Positions 63,707 through 64,000 of a stretch of 64,000 nt of DNA are shown here, piece after piece. The DNA lies in NCBI GenBank assembly GCA_963734545.1, contig CAVTHO010000009.1, positions 256,001 through 320,000 of the forward strand. Reading direction: 5' to 3'. How positions within the stretch are numbered: position 1 is the first letter of the stretch; every line of letters begins with the position of its first letter. The DNA is from an uncultured Spirochaetota bacterium. GTDB lineage: Bacteria; Spirochaetota; Spirochaetia; SZUA-6; Fen-1364. The translations under genes and the position numbers were made by a program. The notes under the pieces were generated by a model. The model did not search any database. It was not told the origin of the DNA and was given only the letters and a program-made list of their open reading frames with translations.

Positions 63707-64000
63707 CTATTTCCCTTTCGAGGGCCGGGTACGGCCCAGCAGCGCGGCCGCTGCCCACAGCGCGGCGCACATGATTCCCAGAGCGCCCATGTCCCGCAGG
63801 ACGCTTGCCATGCCTCCTCCCAGGGCGAGGCTGAAGAAGGCGTGTTGACCCCAGTAGTTCGGCGTGACACGCGAAAGGGTGTCCATCAAGGGGGTCGTGG
63901 GGATGACCGCCGCGAAGCTCCTGCTCAGGATTCCGAATACCAGGGTGAGCGCCATGCCCAGCGCGTTGATTCGTCCCGGCGTGCGGCCCAGCGACACCAG
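63707..64000 (-). CDS. ABC-2 type transporter permease, C-terminal part (runs off the window)
   Basis: LSRVTPNYWGQHAF motif and hydrophobic helices. Confidence 0.7.
   Translation of the reverse strand: MVSLGRTPGRINALGMALTLVFGILSRSFAAVIPTTPLMDTLSRVTPNYWGQHAFFSLALGGGMASVLRDMGALGIMCAALWAAAALLGRTRPSKGK

Noticed and set aside
61389-63770. 793-aa ABC permease-histidine kinase fusion
   Set aside because: Artefact of frameshifts joining the permease N-terminus to the kinase frame; the permease has its own stop at 62549 and the kinase its own start at 62531.

Overview
High-GC bacterial chromosomal window, probably from a free-living spirochaete (inferred from the style of MurD, PPDK and the conserved hypothetical proteins; not proven). 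Many clearly intact housekeeping genes are split by 1-bp frameshifts, which most likely reflects uncorrected long-read errors rather than pseudogenes. In order: an aminotransferase; a NifA-like sigma54 activator followed by a consensus sigma54 promoter, amtB and a P-II gene; a DUF362 Fe-S protein; GH43 xylosidase and MATE; a partly eroded sugar-catabolic locus (SDR, DeoC-type aldolase with an N-terminal encapsulation-peptide-like helix, one BMC-H shell gene, Zn-dehydrogenase, EryC-like TIM barrel, rhamnulokinase-like kinase, SorC regulator with matching operators, FucU, fucose-isomerase-like relic); GTP-PEPCK, murD, a VRR-NUC/GNAT fusion, rubrerythrin, and PPDK with a histone-H1-like tail; two tandem beta-barrel paralogs; an ECF42-type sigma/YciI pair; TetR-thioesterase; a cadherin-like lipoprotein; Rrf2 + qNor divergent from menG-polyprenyl synthase-complete nuoA-N; a GH12 lipoprotein, small hydrolase/methyltransferase genes, a two-component system and ABC-2 permeases. 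The best candidate for an undescribed system is the microcompartment-linked sugar locus (10.2-18.4 kb). No rRNA, tRNA, CRISPR array or transposase was recognised. All calls come from reading motifs by eye; no database searches were run.
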